This document shows positions 37,993 through 48,299 of a stretch of DNA of 64,000 nt, in pieces. Origin of the DNA: Gemmatimonadota bacterium. Its GTDB lineage: Bacteria; Gemmatimonadota; Gemmatimonadetes; Palauibacterales; KS3-K002. The stretch is from the NCBI GenBank assembly GCA_036475815.1, contig JAZGAL010000132.1:15794-79793 (forward strand), written 5' to 3'. The notes below the pieces were generated by a model. It had not been told where the DNA came from. It was given only the letters and a program-made list of their open reading frames with translations, and searched no databases. The first letter of the stretch is position 1; every line of letters starts with the position of its first letter. Position numbers and translations under genes: made by a program.

Positions 37993-38016
37993 GAGCGGGT
38001 CAACGTCCCGGGTCGG

Positions 38017-38739
38017 TCAAATCGGCAGTTGCCATCGCCTATCCCGATCGGCTCCGCCCGCTTCGTCCCCGTACCCGGCATGCCCCTCGGCCGCCGCCCG
38101 GTACGGACCGATCTCCAGCGACGACGGTTGCCCATAGGCCGTACCCTGATCCAGGGCCGCCGTCAGGCTGGCCAGCCGCTCCCGCCCTTCGGGTACGGCA
38201 ACTCGCCAGCTCACCAGTCTCTTGAGCCAGGAACACGCCGTGCCCGAGCTCAAGCCCCGGGCCGACGCGAACTCGTCCGTCACAGTTCGGCCCAACTGCT
38301 CCAGCCAGTCCCAGGCCGTTCGCAGGCGCGCAGGCGCCGGCCCCCAGAGCGCTGCTCGACCGCCTTCCACCGCTACCAGCAGCAGGTTGTGGCGCCTGAG
38401 AACGGTCTCGATAGGTTCCCGGTGATGCTCGGAGACGCCCTGCAAGACGAAGTACGCCTCGGAGGGTCTGTCGGAGCCCCTGTACTGTCTCAAGAGCTTG
38501 GCGACGACCTCATCGGCGCAACTGAAGTCGATGACTCCCACGTGCGAGAAGTCGAGGATTGACAGGCACGGACCCGGGATCTCCTCGATCCGCTGCTCGA
38601 TGGCGATCCGCACCGCCCGCCCGGTCGGCCGAGTCACGAGGTTGTTGTAAAGCATGGCCACCGAGGTATGGAGCGCCACGTTGACGTCTCCACCCGCTCC
38701 ACCCGCTCCACTCGCTCCACTCGCCACCCTCTCACCCAT
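38017..38739 (-). CDS. STAS-like (DUF4325-like) domain protein with C-terminal helix-turn-helix-like extension
   Basis: Core ...VRIAIEQRIEEI...LSILDFSHVGVIDFSCADEVVAKLL resembles the LDFxGV motif of STAS-like DUF4325 proteins (recalled from memory). C-terminal GLSSGTACSWLKRLVSWRV looks like an HTH recognition helix. Start ambiguous (Met at 38739, at 38781, or MLYNNL at about 38655). Confidence 0.5.
   Translation of the reverse strand: MGERVASGASGAGGAGGDVNVALHTSVAMLYNNLVTRPTGRAVRIAIEQRIEEIPGPCLSILDFSHVGVIDFSCADEVVAKLLRQYRGSDRPSEAYFVLQGVSEHHREPIETVLRRHNLLLVAVEGGRAALWGPAPARLRTAWDWLEQLGRTVTDEFASARGLSSGTACSWLKRLVSWRVAVPEGRERLASLTAALDQGTAYGQPSSLEIGPYRAAAEGHAGYGDEAGGADRDRRWQLPI
38692..38736. repeat. 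9-bp imperfect tandem repeat x5 (acccgctcc / actcgctcc) encoding a Gly/Ala/Ser linker (VASGASGAGGAGG) at the ATPase / STAS-like gene junction
   Basis: Read directly. In frame in the downstream gene. Spans the stop codon of the upstream ATPase gene. Confidence 0.7.
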
Positions 38740-39661
38740 TCCCACGCCCTCCACGTGACCGTTCACCGCCGCCCGGCGCAACGACCTGCGGCAACACTAT
38801 CTTGATTTGCGCTCCAGGAAAATCGGGCAGGCCACCGGTGATCGGCTTCTTTTCCACCCAGTCGGGCACCTCTGCTATCTGCGCCGTCCCGCTGCGAATC
38901 GTGAAGAGGCCGTTCCACCGCAGCGCCTGCTTTCGAATACCCTGCAAGCCCTGTCCGCGGCCGGGATCCCGGTAGCGGGAGACGCCGTGCAGAAAAGCCG
39001 CCTCCAGCGCGCTCTCGTCCGACCAGCGATCGCCGTACTGTTGCGCGTGCTCCCGCGCCAGCGAACCGCGGAATCCCATGCCCACATCCATCACGGCGAT
39101 GACCACGACCTGGCGGCCCAGTCTCCGCCTAAAGTTGTACGCCTGGGCGGCAACCCAGCCGTCTCCACCGGCGTGCTCGACGATGTTCTGACAAACTTCC
39201 GAGAGGATGACGCTGAAATGAAGCACCGCCGGCGGTGGATAGCCGAGCCGCTTGCCGAGGATCGCCGCAGCGCGATCGCGTACCCTATCCACCACATCAT
39301 GAACGTCCTGGTGCGACTCGATCGGCGTAATCTCCAGCAGCGCATCCGACTCGCCCGCCGGCCGTTTCCTGACCCTCTCCTGAAAATCGAAGATCCGGTG
39401 GGCCACTTCGTAGAACCCGATCCGGGCCAGGTAGCTTGTCACTTCCCTGCTCTCGGGGGGTTGCAGCAAAGGCCGTTCGCCGGACCGATCCAGCGATGCC
39501 GCGCCCACAGCAAGAACCCCAAGGATGCCGTAGGGGCTGACCCAATGCACATGCCGGGCGTCCAGTAGCAGCTTGCCGCCTTCGGCTTCGCTCCAGACGC
39601 CTACGAGAGTCTCGAAACCACGCTCGTCCAACGTTTCCGGCACAGGAAGCACAACGGTCAC
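38732..39661 (-). CDS. GHKL-type ATPase (HATPase_c-like; RsbW/anti-sigma-kinase-like) with N-terminal STAS-like region
   Basis: N-box-like SEVCQNIVEHAGGDGW, G1 IAVMDVGMGF, G2 DPGRGQGLQGI. No histidine-kinase H-box/DHp recognisable. The N-terminal roughly 100 aa (LLLDARHVHWVSPYGILGVL) resemble an anti-sigma-antagonist fold. Confidence 0.6.
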   Translation of the reverse strand: MTVVLPVPETLDERGFETLVGVWSEAEGGKLLLDARHVHWVSPYGILGVLAVGAASLDRSGERPLLQPPESREVTSYLARIGFYEVAHRIFDFQERVRKRPAGESDALLEITPIESHQDVHDVVDRVRDRAAAILGKRLGYPPPAVLHFSVILSEVCQNIVEHAGGDGWVAAQAYNFRRRLGRQVVVIAVMDVGMGFRGSLAREHAQQYGDRWSDESALEAAFLHGVSRYRDPGRGQGLQGIRKQALRWNGLFTIRSGTAQIAEVPDWVEKKPITGGLPDFPGAQIKIVLPQVVAPGGGERSRGGRGNG

Positions 39662-39691
39662 TTGTGGCCTTTCCTCCTCCGGGAAGCCGGG

Positions 39692-40660
39692 CTAGCCGCT
39701 TTCAATTTCACCTTTGAGGAAACGGTTCAGGCCCGTTGCGCCCACGTGCAGGACATTGCTCCTGGCGGCGGCGTTGGCCAGGCGCATAGCCTCCTCCACA
39801 TCCTTCCCCGCGATCAACGCGCTGAACGCGGTGATCCCCCAAACATCGCCGCACCCCGTCGGATCGCCTCCCTCCACAGCCTGGACCTCCAGTCGACCGG
39901 TCCGCACCAGGCCTCTTCCCCGTCTTGCGCCTTCGCGCTTCGGGCCCTCCAGCGGAAGCGCGTTGGGAGCCATCACGTAGGCCGACCCGCCCGCTCCAAG
40001 CGTCACGAACAACAGGCGAGTCTCGCGGCCAACGGCATCCGCGGCGAACGCCCAGGGATCACCCCAATCAGCGCTCAGCAACCCGAGTTCCACTTCGTTG
40101 AGCTGGACCGCGTCAAAACAGGCCAGCCACTCTGACCAGCGCTCCAGTGGCTGGGCGCGGCGCCTGCCGCGAGGGCCGGTCGTCAGCATCAAGGAATGGA
40201 TATCGGCGTAAATAGGGCCATCGAAGTGGCGGCGCAATTGCTTGGCCATCGCCAGGTCGAACTCGTTTCCGATGATGAAGTTCACGTACAGGGCATCGCA
40301 CCCGTCGATGCGTGGAGCCAGTTCGGCCCAATTCCAGGCCGGCACACCGCCCCGCAGCCGCTCGCATCGACGCTCAGTTCCAGCGTAGTGCAGCTCCACT
40401 CGCGGGTTAGGCGCATCGACGACGGCAACCGTCTCGTTCGTTTCTATGACCGATAGCTCTCTGAGGAACTGGAACCCCCGCTCCGCCAGATCGCGGCCCA
40501 GTTTGATGACCGGTCTCACCCTGTACGTGAGCGGGGTGACGGCATCGGCGGCAGCCAACGCGTAGCTGATCCCTCCCCACTCCTCCACCGGCGGCCCGAC
40601 CCGCGGTTTCCGCCAGATCGTGTCCCACACCATGGTTCCGATAACTCCGAGGCGGCGCAT
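39692..40660 (-). CDS. PfkB-family carbohydrate/nucleoside kinase (ribokinase-like)
   Basis: C-terminal DPTGCGDVWGITAF (DTxGAGD anion hole) and FVTLGAGGS motifs. 322 aa. Confidence 0.85.
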   Translation of the reverse strand: MRRLGVIGTMVWDTIWRKPRVGPPVEEWGGISYALAAADAVTPLTYRVRPVIKLGRDLAERGFQFLRELSVIETNETVAVVDAPNPRVELHYAGTERRCERLRGGVPAWNWAELAPRIDGCDALYVNFIIGNEFDLAMAKQLRRHFDGPIYADIHSLMLTTGPRGRRRAQPLERWSEWLACFDAVQLNEVELGLLSADWGDPWAFAADAVGRETRLLFVTLGAGGSAYVMAPNALPLEGPKREGARRGRGLVRTGRLEVQAVEGGDPTGCGDVWGITAFSALIAGKDVEEAMRLANAAARSNVLHVGATGLNRFLKGEIESG

Positions 40661-40844
40661 CTCTCACCCTATGACCCCGGGGTCTCGGTCGTTCGCCCGG
40701 AAGCTGAGACACATAACGATACCGACGCCATGGCCGGCCAGGTGGCACGGTAATCTGACACAACGAGCGGAGAGAGGTGGGTACTGACGTCCAAGCTAAT
40801 CGTTTCCATACCCGGATGCGAGTCCCCGATGCGGCTACCTACCC

Positions 40845-41843
40845 TCAGAGCTCGCCGTACGTTTCCTTCTTGAAGCAGGCCGCCGCGCCGATCACGCCCG
40901 CCTTACCCCCCAGCTCCGATGGCGTGATACGACACGACTGTTCCGCCACCCGGAACGCACGCCGCCGGACCTCGGCGCGAAGAGGCACGAAGAGGTGATC
41001 GCCTGCACGCGCAACGCCGCCGAAGATCACCAGCAGCTCCGGGTTCAGTATGTTGATGATGTTGGCCAGCCCCACTCCCAGGAACTTCGCGGTGTCGTGC
41101 ATCACTTCCGTGGCGTATGGATCTCCCTGAACCACGCCCTCGAATACCGTCTCCGCCGTCAGGTTCTGAATGTCGCCGGCCAGCTCGGGCAGGATCGATT
41201 CGGCGCCGGACTCGAGCCCTTCGATGGCCCGGGCCGCGATAGCCGGTCCCGAAGCGTAGGCTTCCAGGCAGCCATAGTTGCCGCATTTGCACTTCCGGCC
41301 GGTGGAGTCGATCGTCATATGGCCGATCTCCGCCGCCGCGTCAGCGGCCCCGTGATAGAGCTCGCCGTTCAGCACGACGCCTCCGCCGATCCCCGTTCCC
41401 AGCGTCACCCCCACGAGCGTGCTCATTCTGCGACCAGCGCCCAGCCACCACTCGCCGTAAGTTGCCGCGTTCGCGTCGTTATCCAGGCTGGCAGGCAATC
41501 CCACAGCATTTTGAATCAGGTCGCGCAGCGGGAAATTTCGCCAGCCTAGATTCGGGGTGCTGATAACCGTGCCGGTCTTGCGGTCGAGCGGGCCTGGCGA
41601 ACCGATACCTACGCCCGCGAAGGCCTCCGGCCCGCACCCGTTCCCTTCCATCACCTCGCGCATCGAATCCCTGATCATCTTCACCACGCGGTCCACAACA
41701 AACTTGGCACCGCGCTGAGGCTCGGTCGGTTTCGATCGGAACGCGATGGGATGGCCTCCCTCAAACGGAATGACACCCACGTTGATGTTCGTGCCGCCGA
41801 TATCGACTCCGACAATCCACTCGGTGTTCGAGACACTAGACAT
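40845..41843 (-). CDS. ROK-family glucokinase
   Basis: VGVDIGGTNINVGV N-terminal ATP motif and the ROK zinc motif CKCGNYGCLEAYASG. Confidence 0.9.
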   Translation of the reverse strand: MSSVSNTEWIVGVDIGGTNINVGVIPFEGGHPIAFRSKPTEPQRGAKFVVDRVVKMIRDSMREVMEGNGCGPEAFAGVGIGSPGPLDRKTGTVISTPNLGWRNFPLRDLIQNAVGLPASLDNDANAATYGEWWLGAGRRMSTLVGVTLGTGIGGGVVLNGELYHGAADAAAEIGHMTIDSTGRKCKCGNYGCLEAYASGPAIAARAIEGLESGAESILPELAGDIQNLTAETVFEGVVQGDPYATEVMHDTAKFLGVGLANIINILNPELLVIFGGVARAGDHLFVPLRAEVRRRAFRVAEQSCRITPSELGGKAGVIGAAACFKKETYGEL

Positions 41844-42891
41844 CGTTCAGTGCTCCCACTTCTCCCAGCTGTTCGCGGACGGTCCGCGCGACTGCCTCCA
41901 CAGAGATCAGGTGCAGGCATTCTTCACGGGCATCCGGTAGAAAAGTACCCGGCCCGCGGCGCGGGCAGGTATCCCTCCAGCATGGCGCACACGGCAGAGA
42001 GGAGTGCCAGAGAACGCGATCCGTCCCGTTCATCAAGGGGCCTGTCTGCTCGGGGGCCCGCGAGCCAAAGACGCCGATTACCGGCGTCCCCACCGCCATC
42101 GCCAGATGCATGGCGCCATTGTCGTTCGTTACCAGCACGTCACACGCGCCTAGGCCGGCCGCAAACACCGCCAGGCTGGTGCGACCACCCAGGTCGATAC
42201 CACGGCCGCCGGCACCGGCCGCGACCCGAGCGGCCAGAACCTCATCCCCCGGTCCGCCGAACACTACCGTCGTGCCACCCTCGGCTGCCAGCATCCCGGC
42301 CAGCGCCGTGAACCTCCCCTCCGGCCAGCGCCGGGCAGGGGCGGCCGAGCCGGGCGCAATCCCGATCAGCGGTCCTGCGACACGACCCTGGATCAGCTGC
42401 CCAAACTGCTCCCGAGCCCGCTGCGGAACCCTGACCCTCGGGGCCGGTGGCTGGCCGCCGGGCCAGTCGGGGTCGGCCACCGCCATGAAACGGCTCACCC
42501 GGTGCTCGCCGGGCATCTCGGCGAGAGCGGCCCATTCGGTCAATGACCAGCGGCGACGGCCCGTCGGGACGCCCCTACGCATGGGCACGCCGGCCAACCA
42601 GACCGCGGCGGCCGGAGACAGGGACGACGTGAAGAGATAAGCTGCCTCATAGCGCGGGCCCCGAAGCCAGGCCACCGTCTTCCAAATCGCGCCCGTCTGC
42701 CTGAACGGGATCACCGCCGCCGGTAGCTCCGCCATCTCGAGAACCGGCGCCCAATGGATCGGGCACCACACATCGACCACCCCATCTTCGTATCGCTCCG
42801 CCAGACGCTGTAACGCCGGAATCGCCATCACCACGTCGGCCAGTTGGTCTGGCGCGCGGGCATATACCCGGCGGGGGTCCGACTCGCTCAC
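41836..42891 (-). CDS. glycosyltransferase family 9 (ADP-heptose:LPS heptosyltransferase-like)
   Basis: C-terminal [24 protein letters not shown] is the GT9 signature. Confidence 0.85.
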   Translation of the reverse strand: MSESDPRRVYARAPDQLADVVMAIPALQRLAERYEDGVVDVWCPIHWAPVLEMAELPAAVIPFRQTGAIWKTVAWLRGPRYEAAYLFTSSLSPAAAVWLAGVPMRRGVPTGRRRWSLTEWAALAEMPGEHRVSRFMAVADPDWPGGQPPAPRVRVPQRAREQFGQLIQGRVAGPLIGIAPGSAAPARRWPEGRFTALAGMLAAEGGTTVVFGGPGDEVLAARVAAGAGGRGIDLGGRTSLAVFAAGLGACDVLVTNDNGAMHLAMAVGTPVIGVFGSRAPEQTGPLMNGTDRVLWHSSLPCAPCWRDTCPRRGPGTFLPDAREECLHLISVEAVARTVREQLGEVGALNDV

Positions 42892-44684
42892 CCTACTTCC
42901 AAGATGGCGAGAAACGCTTCCCGCGGGACGTCAACCCGGCCGACACGTTTCATGCGCTTCTTCCCCTCCCTCTGCTTTTCCAGCAGCTTGCGCTTGCGGG
43001 TGACATCGCCGCCGTAGCACTTGGCGGTCACGTCCTTGCGCAACGGTCTGACCGTCTCACGAGCGATGACCTTACTGCCAACCGCCGCCTGGATGGCCAC
43101 CGCGTAAAGCTGCCGCGGGATCAGTTCTCTCAGTTTCCCCACCAGCGCCCGGCCGTAGTGGTACGCCTTGTCGCGATGGACGATCATGCTCAACGCGTCT
43201 ACGGGCTCGCCGTTGAGCAAGATGTCGAGACGCGCCAGGTCGCTGGCCCGATAACCCACGAGATCGTAGTCGAGACTCCCGTTACCGCGCGTCAGCGACT
43301 TCAGTTTCTCGTAGAAATCGAGGACCATCTCGGCGAGCGGCAGATCGTACACCACCTCCACGCGCCGGCCATCCAGGTAGTGCATATGCCCGAATTCGCC
43401 ACGTCGCTCATGGCAGAGCTTCTGGATTCCACCGATGTAGTCCGTGGGGCAAACGATTCGCACCCGGACGTATGGTTCCTCGATACGGTCGAAGTCACCG
43501 CCCGACGGCATATGGGACGGATTCTCTACCGCCATACACGAGCCATCCTTCAGGTGCACACGATACTCGACGTTGGGGACCGTGCTGACCAGATCGAGGT
43601 CATGCTCGCGCTCCAGGCGCTCGCGCACGATCTCCATGTGAAGCAGCCCCAGAAAGCCACACCTGAAGCCGAAGCCAAGCGCGTCGCTGGTCTCGAACTC
43701 GTACTGGATCGATGCATCGTTCAGCTTGAGCTTCTCCAGGGCGCCTCTCAACCGCTCGTACTGATCCGAGTCACCCGGATAGAGACCGGCGAACACCATC
43801 GGCTTCACCTTCCGATAGCCGGGGAGAAGCTCGCTGGCGCGCCGGTCAGCCTCGAACACCGTGTCCCCCACCTTCGTGTCGGCGACCGACTTGATCTGCG
43901 CCGTCAGGTAGCCGACCTCGCCGGCGCTCAACTCCGACGTCGACACGGCTCCCAAGCACAGATATCCCACCTCGCGCACTTCGTAGACCGACTCGTTCGA
44001 GCCGAAGGCGATGTTCATCCCCGACCGCAGGCGGCCGTCAACAACACGTATGAGCGGCACCGCGCCCTGGTAGTTGTCGTGCTGGGAATCGAAGATCAAC
44101 GCACGAAACGGTGCATCCACATCGCCATCGGGCGGTGGCACGCGCCGGACCACCGCTTCGAGAACTCCTTCGATCCCCGTACCCTCCTTCGCGCTGACCA
44201 GCAGGACATCCTCCTCGCTACAACCCAGCAGGTCCGCCAGTTCCGTGCGCCTTCGCTCGGGTTCCGCCACAGCCAAATCGATCTTATTGATGACCGGAAT
44301 CACGGTGAGCTTCGCTTCCGAGGCCAGCAGCAGGTTCGAGAGCGTTTGAGCCTCGATGCCCTGGCTGGCGTCCACCACCAGGACAGCGCCTTCGCACGCC
44401 GCCAGGCTCCGGCTGACTTCATAGGTGAAATCCACATGGCCGGGCGTGTCGATCAAGTTCAGCTCGTACTCCTGGCCATCCGAGGCCGGGTAGCTGAGTC
44501 GAATCGCGTGGGCCTTGATCGTGATCCCCCTCTCCCGCTCCAGGTCCATGGAGTCGAGGACCTGGTCCTTCATGCGCCGGGGATCGACAGCGTCTGTCAG
44601 CTCGAGAATCCGGTCGGCCAACGTCGACTTCCCGTGATCTATGTGAGCGATGATACAGAAATTACGGATTCTCGCCGCTTCCAC
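42888..44684 (-). CDS. lepA: translation elongation factor 4 (LepA)
   Basis: [21 protein letters not shown]1 motif, the LepA-specific C-terminal domain and conserved C-terminus. 598 aa. Confidence 0.97.
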   Translation of the reverse strand: MEAARIRNFCIIAHIDHGKSTLADRILELTDAVDPRRMKDQVLDSMDLERERGITIKAHAIRLSYPASDGQEYELNLIDTPGHVDFTYEVSRSLAACEGAVLVVDASQGIEAQTLSNLLLASEAKLTVIPVINKIDLAVAEPERRRTELADLLGCSEEDVLLVSAKEGTGIEGVLEAVVRRVPPPDGDVDAPFRALIFDSQHDNYQGAVPLIRVVDGRLRSGMNIAFGSNESVYEVREVGYLCLGAVSTSELSAGEVGYLTAQIKSVADTKVGDTVFEADRRASELLPGYRKVKPMVFAGLYPGDSDQYERLRGALEKLKLNDASIQYEFETSDALGFGFRCGFLGLLHMEIVRERLEREHDLDLVSTVPNVEYRVHLKDGSCMAVENPSHMPSGGDFDRIEEPYVRVRIVCPTDYIGGIQKLCHERRGEFGHMHYLDGRRVEVVYDLPLAEMVLDFYEKLKSLTRGNGSLDYDLVGYRASDLARLDILLNGEPVDALSMIVHRDKAYHYGRALVGKLRELIPRQLYAVAIQAAVGSKVIARETVRPLRKDVTAKCYGGDVTRKRKLLEKQREGKKRMKRVGRVDVPREAFLAILEVG

Positions 44685-44893
44685 GTCCAGCCTTTCTTTG
44701 ATCCTACTTTTTCGGCAGCCCTTGAATATAGACGGGCGGGCGAAGAGTGGGAGATGCGACCCGGTCGCTCGCGGAGGACTCGAGGGGACCGAAACTTTGT
44801 GCGGCGTGCGGGGTAGCCCAAGATCAGAGCCCGCCAGTACGCTCCAGCCGGACTCCGCTCTCCCCCGAAGACACTCATTTTGGAGGCCAACCA

Positions 44894-46054
44894 GTGCAAT
44901 CCAACGTCGGGTTGTCTGCAGCGCGCGTGCGCCACGCCGTGTCAGCGGGTGTTGCTGTCGGGCTCTTGAGCCTGGCGGCTTGCGAGATACCGGAGGCGCC
45001 CAATTGGGATGTGGGAGTCGTCCTCCCGTTCACATCCGAGATAATCACGATCATCGACTTTCTGCCTCGCGACTCAGCGCAGGTGTTGATCGTCGATACT
45101 GCGACGATCGGTGGTCAGAAAGTCTTCACCGTCCAGGTTCAGCAGGACGCCGTCGACTACCGTCTAGGTCAGATGTGCAGCGTCTGCCAGTCTTCAGCTG
45201 GACTCACGATTGCCGTACCCGGGTTCGAGTACACCGACTCGCTCGACGTGCTCTTCCCAGACGACTTGATAACGCTCGAGCTGATCACAGCCAAGCTGAG
45301 TATCGGAGTGCAGAATGGTTTGAACTTCGATCCGCTGAGGCCACACACCGATCCTGACTCCGCCGGCTTCATAGCCCTGGTGGCGCGTGACGTCGCGACG
45401 GGAGCGACGATCGACAGCGTGTTCATCAGCGGAGCCTCGCGCACCATGCCGGCCGGCTCGACCACCGAGTTCGAGTTCGGGGTCGCCAACTCAATTCTAT
45501 CCGAAGGGGTGCGGATCGTATTCCACATTCGCTCTCCCCAGGACGGCCAAACCGTGACGATCGACCCTGACCTTAACGCACGGATCTCGGGCCTCCTTGA
45601 TCAGATCACCGTTTCCGGCGTCACCGTCGTAGTGGACAACCGGACGTTAGACGAGCACGAGCGAATCGAGATGGACCAGGCTGTTCGCGATGAACTCGCG
45701 AATAACGTTCAGAGCGGTGAGTTCGAGCTCGAGCTGCTGCACGACCTGGAGCTGAGCGGCGATTTCACGTCATCGATTGCCGGCTCACGTGCGGACCTTT
45801 TCTCCGGGGACCCCAGCCGTGAAGTGCGTCTGAACGAGCTTGTCTTCACGCCCGGACTGGTTCAGACCGGTCAGTTGACGAGGGAAGAAATAGAGCTGAT
45901 CGCCTCTTTCCCCACAGTGTTCCTGGGCTACCGGGCCAACGCGTCAGGCACAGAAACGGGCCCCAAGGGGCAATTGAACGTGGGTCGCTTTACTCCCGAT
46001 CAGTTCTTGCAGGCCAAACTGAAGCTGACGTCGATCGTCAGAGTCGACTTTTAG
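44894..46054 (+). CDS. hypothetical lipoprotein (lipobox L-A-A-C), about 386 aa, beta-rich
   Basis: GTG 44894 preceded by [14 protein letters not shown]|E lipobox. The upstream ORF extension is Arg/Pro-rich. GC somewhat lower than neighbours. Confidence 0.55.
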   Translation: MQSNVGLSAARVRHAVSAGVAVGLLSLAACEIPEAPNWDVGVVLPFTSEIITIIDFLPRDSAQVLIVDTATIGGQKVFTVQVQQDAVDYRLGQMCSVCQSSAGLTIAVPGFEYTDSLDVLFPDDLITLELITAKLSIGVQNGLNFDPLRPHTDPDSAGFIALVARDVATGATIDSVFISGASRTMPAGSTTEFEFGVANSILSEGVRIVFHIRSPQDGQTVTIDPDLNARISGLLDQITVSGVTVVVDNRTLDEHERIEMDQAVRDELANNVQSGEFELELLHDLELSGDFTSSIAGSRADLFSGDPSREVRLNELVFTPGLVQTGQLTREEIELIASFPTVFLGYRANASGTETGPKGQLNVGRFTPDQFLQAKLKLTSIVRVDF

Positions 46055-46067
46055 CGAGGGCACGACG

Positions 46068-47372
46068 ATGGGAAGAAATCAGATCGCGACGATCGGCCTG
46101 GCGCTGCTGCTCTCAGTCCCCGGCGTTGGGCTCGCGCAACTGGCGAGCCCCAGCGCCCGCAGCTTCGGCTTGGCCGGGTCGTACTCGGCGCGGGCACGTG
46201 GCTACGAGGCGCCGTACTGGAACCCGGCGAACCTCGGGCTGCCCGACGGGGCGGGCTGGTCGATCGGCATAGTGGGCGCGAACGCCAGCCTGACCAACAA
46301 CTCGCTGAGCTACGGCCAGATCACCGATCTCTATGGCGAGTTCCTCGACAACGCGACGAAGTCGCAGCTGTTGGAGGATATTCGACAGGGCGACCCGGAC
46401 CGCATGTTCGAGCTCGGTGCCGAAGTGGGAGCGAGCGCTCTGGCCATCAGCATTTGGCGGTTCGGCTTCGGTCTCAGCGCGGTGGGCAGGGGGAACTTCA
46501 AGGTAACGCCCGATGCCGCGGAACTGATCCTCTTCGGCAACGTCGGAGCGGACGGCACGGGAAAGGACTTCGACGTAGCGGGGAATGGTGACGGCTCGAT
46601 CTTCAGCAGCGCCTATCTCTCCTATGCCCAGCCCTTCACGATTCCCGCACTCGACTATCTCGGAATGAAGTTTTCCGTCGGAGCGAGCGTGAAGTACGGC
46701 ATCGCCCACGCTCTCATCCAGGTCAACGATCGGGGGAGCTCCTTCGCCGCGGACCCGCTGGTGTTGGACGCCGACGTCGAAGTGCTCACCTCAAACGGCT
46801 CCAACGCCGGACAGGTTTGGTCAATCGACCTGGGCGCGGCGATGGACTGGGCCAGCTGGACGTTCGGCCTGGCGCTCCAGAACGCGTTTGCCGATGTCAA
46901 GTGGAACGAAGATGATTTCGAGCTCACTTCCTTCGTCGGCACGGCGGATCTCCAAAGCGCGACGCTGGTGGACACGACGATCGCGTTCGCCGATCTGGCC
47001 CAGGAAGATCGCGATCGGGTTGTCGCATCTCTCAAGGACGCCGATCCCCCGAAGCGGCTGCGGCTGGGAGCGATGTACCGCGCCGGCCCGAACTGGAGCC
47101 TCTCGGCTGACTACGTGGAGCTCATCGGCGGCTCGCTGCGTGAACAGTGGGATCGCAGCCTCTCCGCCGGCGCACAACTGAATCTCATCTCGGCGCTGCC
47201 ACTGCGAGCCGGCCTGGCCACCGACTTCTCGCAGGTCGCCCTGGCCGGGGGAATAGGGATCTACGCGGGCGCGGTTCACCTCGATTTCTCGCTCGAGACG
47301 ATGACACTCGCGGCGGGCGACGGTTTGATCGCGGCGCTATCGGTCAGCGTCTGGCCCGGTATGAACTACTGA
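46068..47372 (+). CDS. outer-membrane beta-barrel protein (FadL/TodX- or PorV-like family; uncertain)
   Basis: Signal peptide. N-terminal SFGLAGSYSARARGYEAPYWNPANLG resembles the conserved N-terminal motif of FadL/PorV-type barrels. Alternating amphipathic strands. 434 aa. Confidence 0.5.
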   Translation: MGRNQIATIGLALLLSVPGVGLAQLASPSARSFGLAGSYSARARGYEAPYWNPANLGLPDGAGWSIGIVGANASLTNNSLSYGQITDLYGEFLDNATKSQLLEDIRQGDPDRMFELGAEVGASALAISIWRFGFGLSAVGRGNFKVTPDAAELILFGNVGADGTGKDFDVAGNGDGSIFSSAYLSYAQPFTIPALDYLGMKFSVGASVKYGIAHALIQVNDRGSSFAADPLVLDADVEVLTSNGSNAGQVWSIDLGAAMDWASWTFGLALQNAFADVKWNEDDFELTSFVGTADLQSATLVDTTIAFADLAQEDRDRVVASLKDADPPKRLRLGAMYRAGPNWSLSADYVELIGGSLREQWDRSLSAGAQLNLISALPLRAGLATDFSQVALAGGIGIYAGAVHLDFSLETMTLAAGDGLIAALSVSVWPGMNY

Positions 47373-47408
47373 ACTGAATCGACTCGAGGGTGGCTGTGGG
47401 GACACCGG

Positions 47409-48299
47409 TCAGAGGAGTCGGCCCTGCGGCCCCGGGTCGGATTCGGCCAGCCCGGCCAGCGAGTCGGGAAAGGCGTTCACCAGCGTCTCCGGCGCCTTCT
47501 GCGGGCGGCCGCGAAACATCGACGCCAGCATGACCGCATTGGCCACCGCCTGGCCGCGGTAGTGGTTGTTGGTTATGACGTACACGTCCTCAGCCAACCC
47601 GCCCTCGGCCAGCTCCCTTATCCGCTCGACCCACGGTTCCAGCTCGTCACGATCGTACAGATAGTCATAGCGGGCGTCCCGCCCCGCGTCCTCACGGAAC
47701 CAATCTTGATAGTTGCGTCCATGCAAGCGGACATAGCCGACTCGCCCGCTGGCTTCCGCGCTGGGGCCGATCGATCGGCTGAAGAGCGGCTGGTCGATGT
47801 TCACGAATCCTATGCCGCGTTCGTTCAGCCAGCGATGAAACCCCGGCCGGTTCCAGGAGGAGTGCCGCACTTCAACTACGAGCGGGTAGTTGGAGAAGGC
47901 CGAAGTGACGTCCTCGAGCCACTCCAGCGATTCCGGGCCGGCCTTGAAGGACCAGGGGAACTGTACGAGCACGGCGCCCAGGCGATCACGCTCGGCCAGG
48001 GGATCGAAGCCGGCGCGAACGGCGTCAACTTCATCCGGCGTCCACGCCGAGTCGCGCTGGTGTGTGAAGCGTTGCCAGAGCTTGGTCGTGAACTTGAAAC
48101 CGGGATTGTCGGAAACCCTGCGCACCCATCGCGCCGGCACGTGGGGCTGCGCAGGCCGGTAGAACGTGGAATTGACTTCGATGGTGTCGAAGTACCGGGC
48201 CAGGTAGGCGAGCGGGTCGAAGCCCCTGGGTTGGGGTTCGGGATAGACAGCGCCTTGCCAATCGGCGTAACTCCAGCCGGCGGGGCCGAATCGTATCAA
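47409..48299 (-). CDS. DUF72 (UPF0759) family protein
   Basis: MIRFGPAGWSYADWQG...YFDTIEVNSTFYR is the DUF72 N-terminal signature. Confidence 0.85.
   Translation of the reverse strand: MIRFGPAGWSYADWQGAVYPEPQPRGFDPLAYLARYFDTIEVNSTFYRPAQPHVPARWVRRVSDNPGFKFTTKLWQRFTHQRDSAWTPDEVDAVRAGFDPLAERDRLGAVLVQFPWSFKAGPESLEWLEDVTSAFSNYPLVVEVRHSSWNRPGFHRWLNERGIGFVNIDQPLFSRSIGPSAEASGRVGYVRLHGRNYQDWFREDAGRDARYDYLYDRDELEPWVERIRELAEGGLAEDVYVITNNHYRGQAVANAVMLASMFRGRPQKAPETLVNAFPDSLAGLAESDPGPQGRLL

Noticed and set aside
38739-38781. Longer start (38781) for the STAS-like gene overlapping the ATPase by 50 nt
   Set aside because: The extension adds only MRRAAVNGHVEGVG before an internal Met and creates a long overlap. 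The shorter start is preferred but not certain.
40661-40844. 184-nt intergenic region between the PfkB kinase and ROK glucokinase genes as a possible tRNA/sRNA
   Set aside because: No tRNA-like T-loop (GGTTCGAATCC-type) or cloverleaf could be discerned. It is probably just a promoter/terminator region.
43158-44816. 552-aa plus-strand ORF, and similar long ORFs (e.g. 1646..3040 5' part, 7129..8373, 9500..10924, 19190..20275, 28016..29593, 50862..51956, 52949..54127)
   Set aside because: All lie antisense to or out of frame with strongly supported genes (lepA, degT/ltaE, CcmF-like, glmM, MCP, BatA-like, mfd). They are Arg/Pro/Gly/His-rich low-complexity translations with no motifs. These are the shadow ORFs expected in DNA of this GC content.
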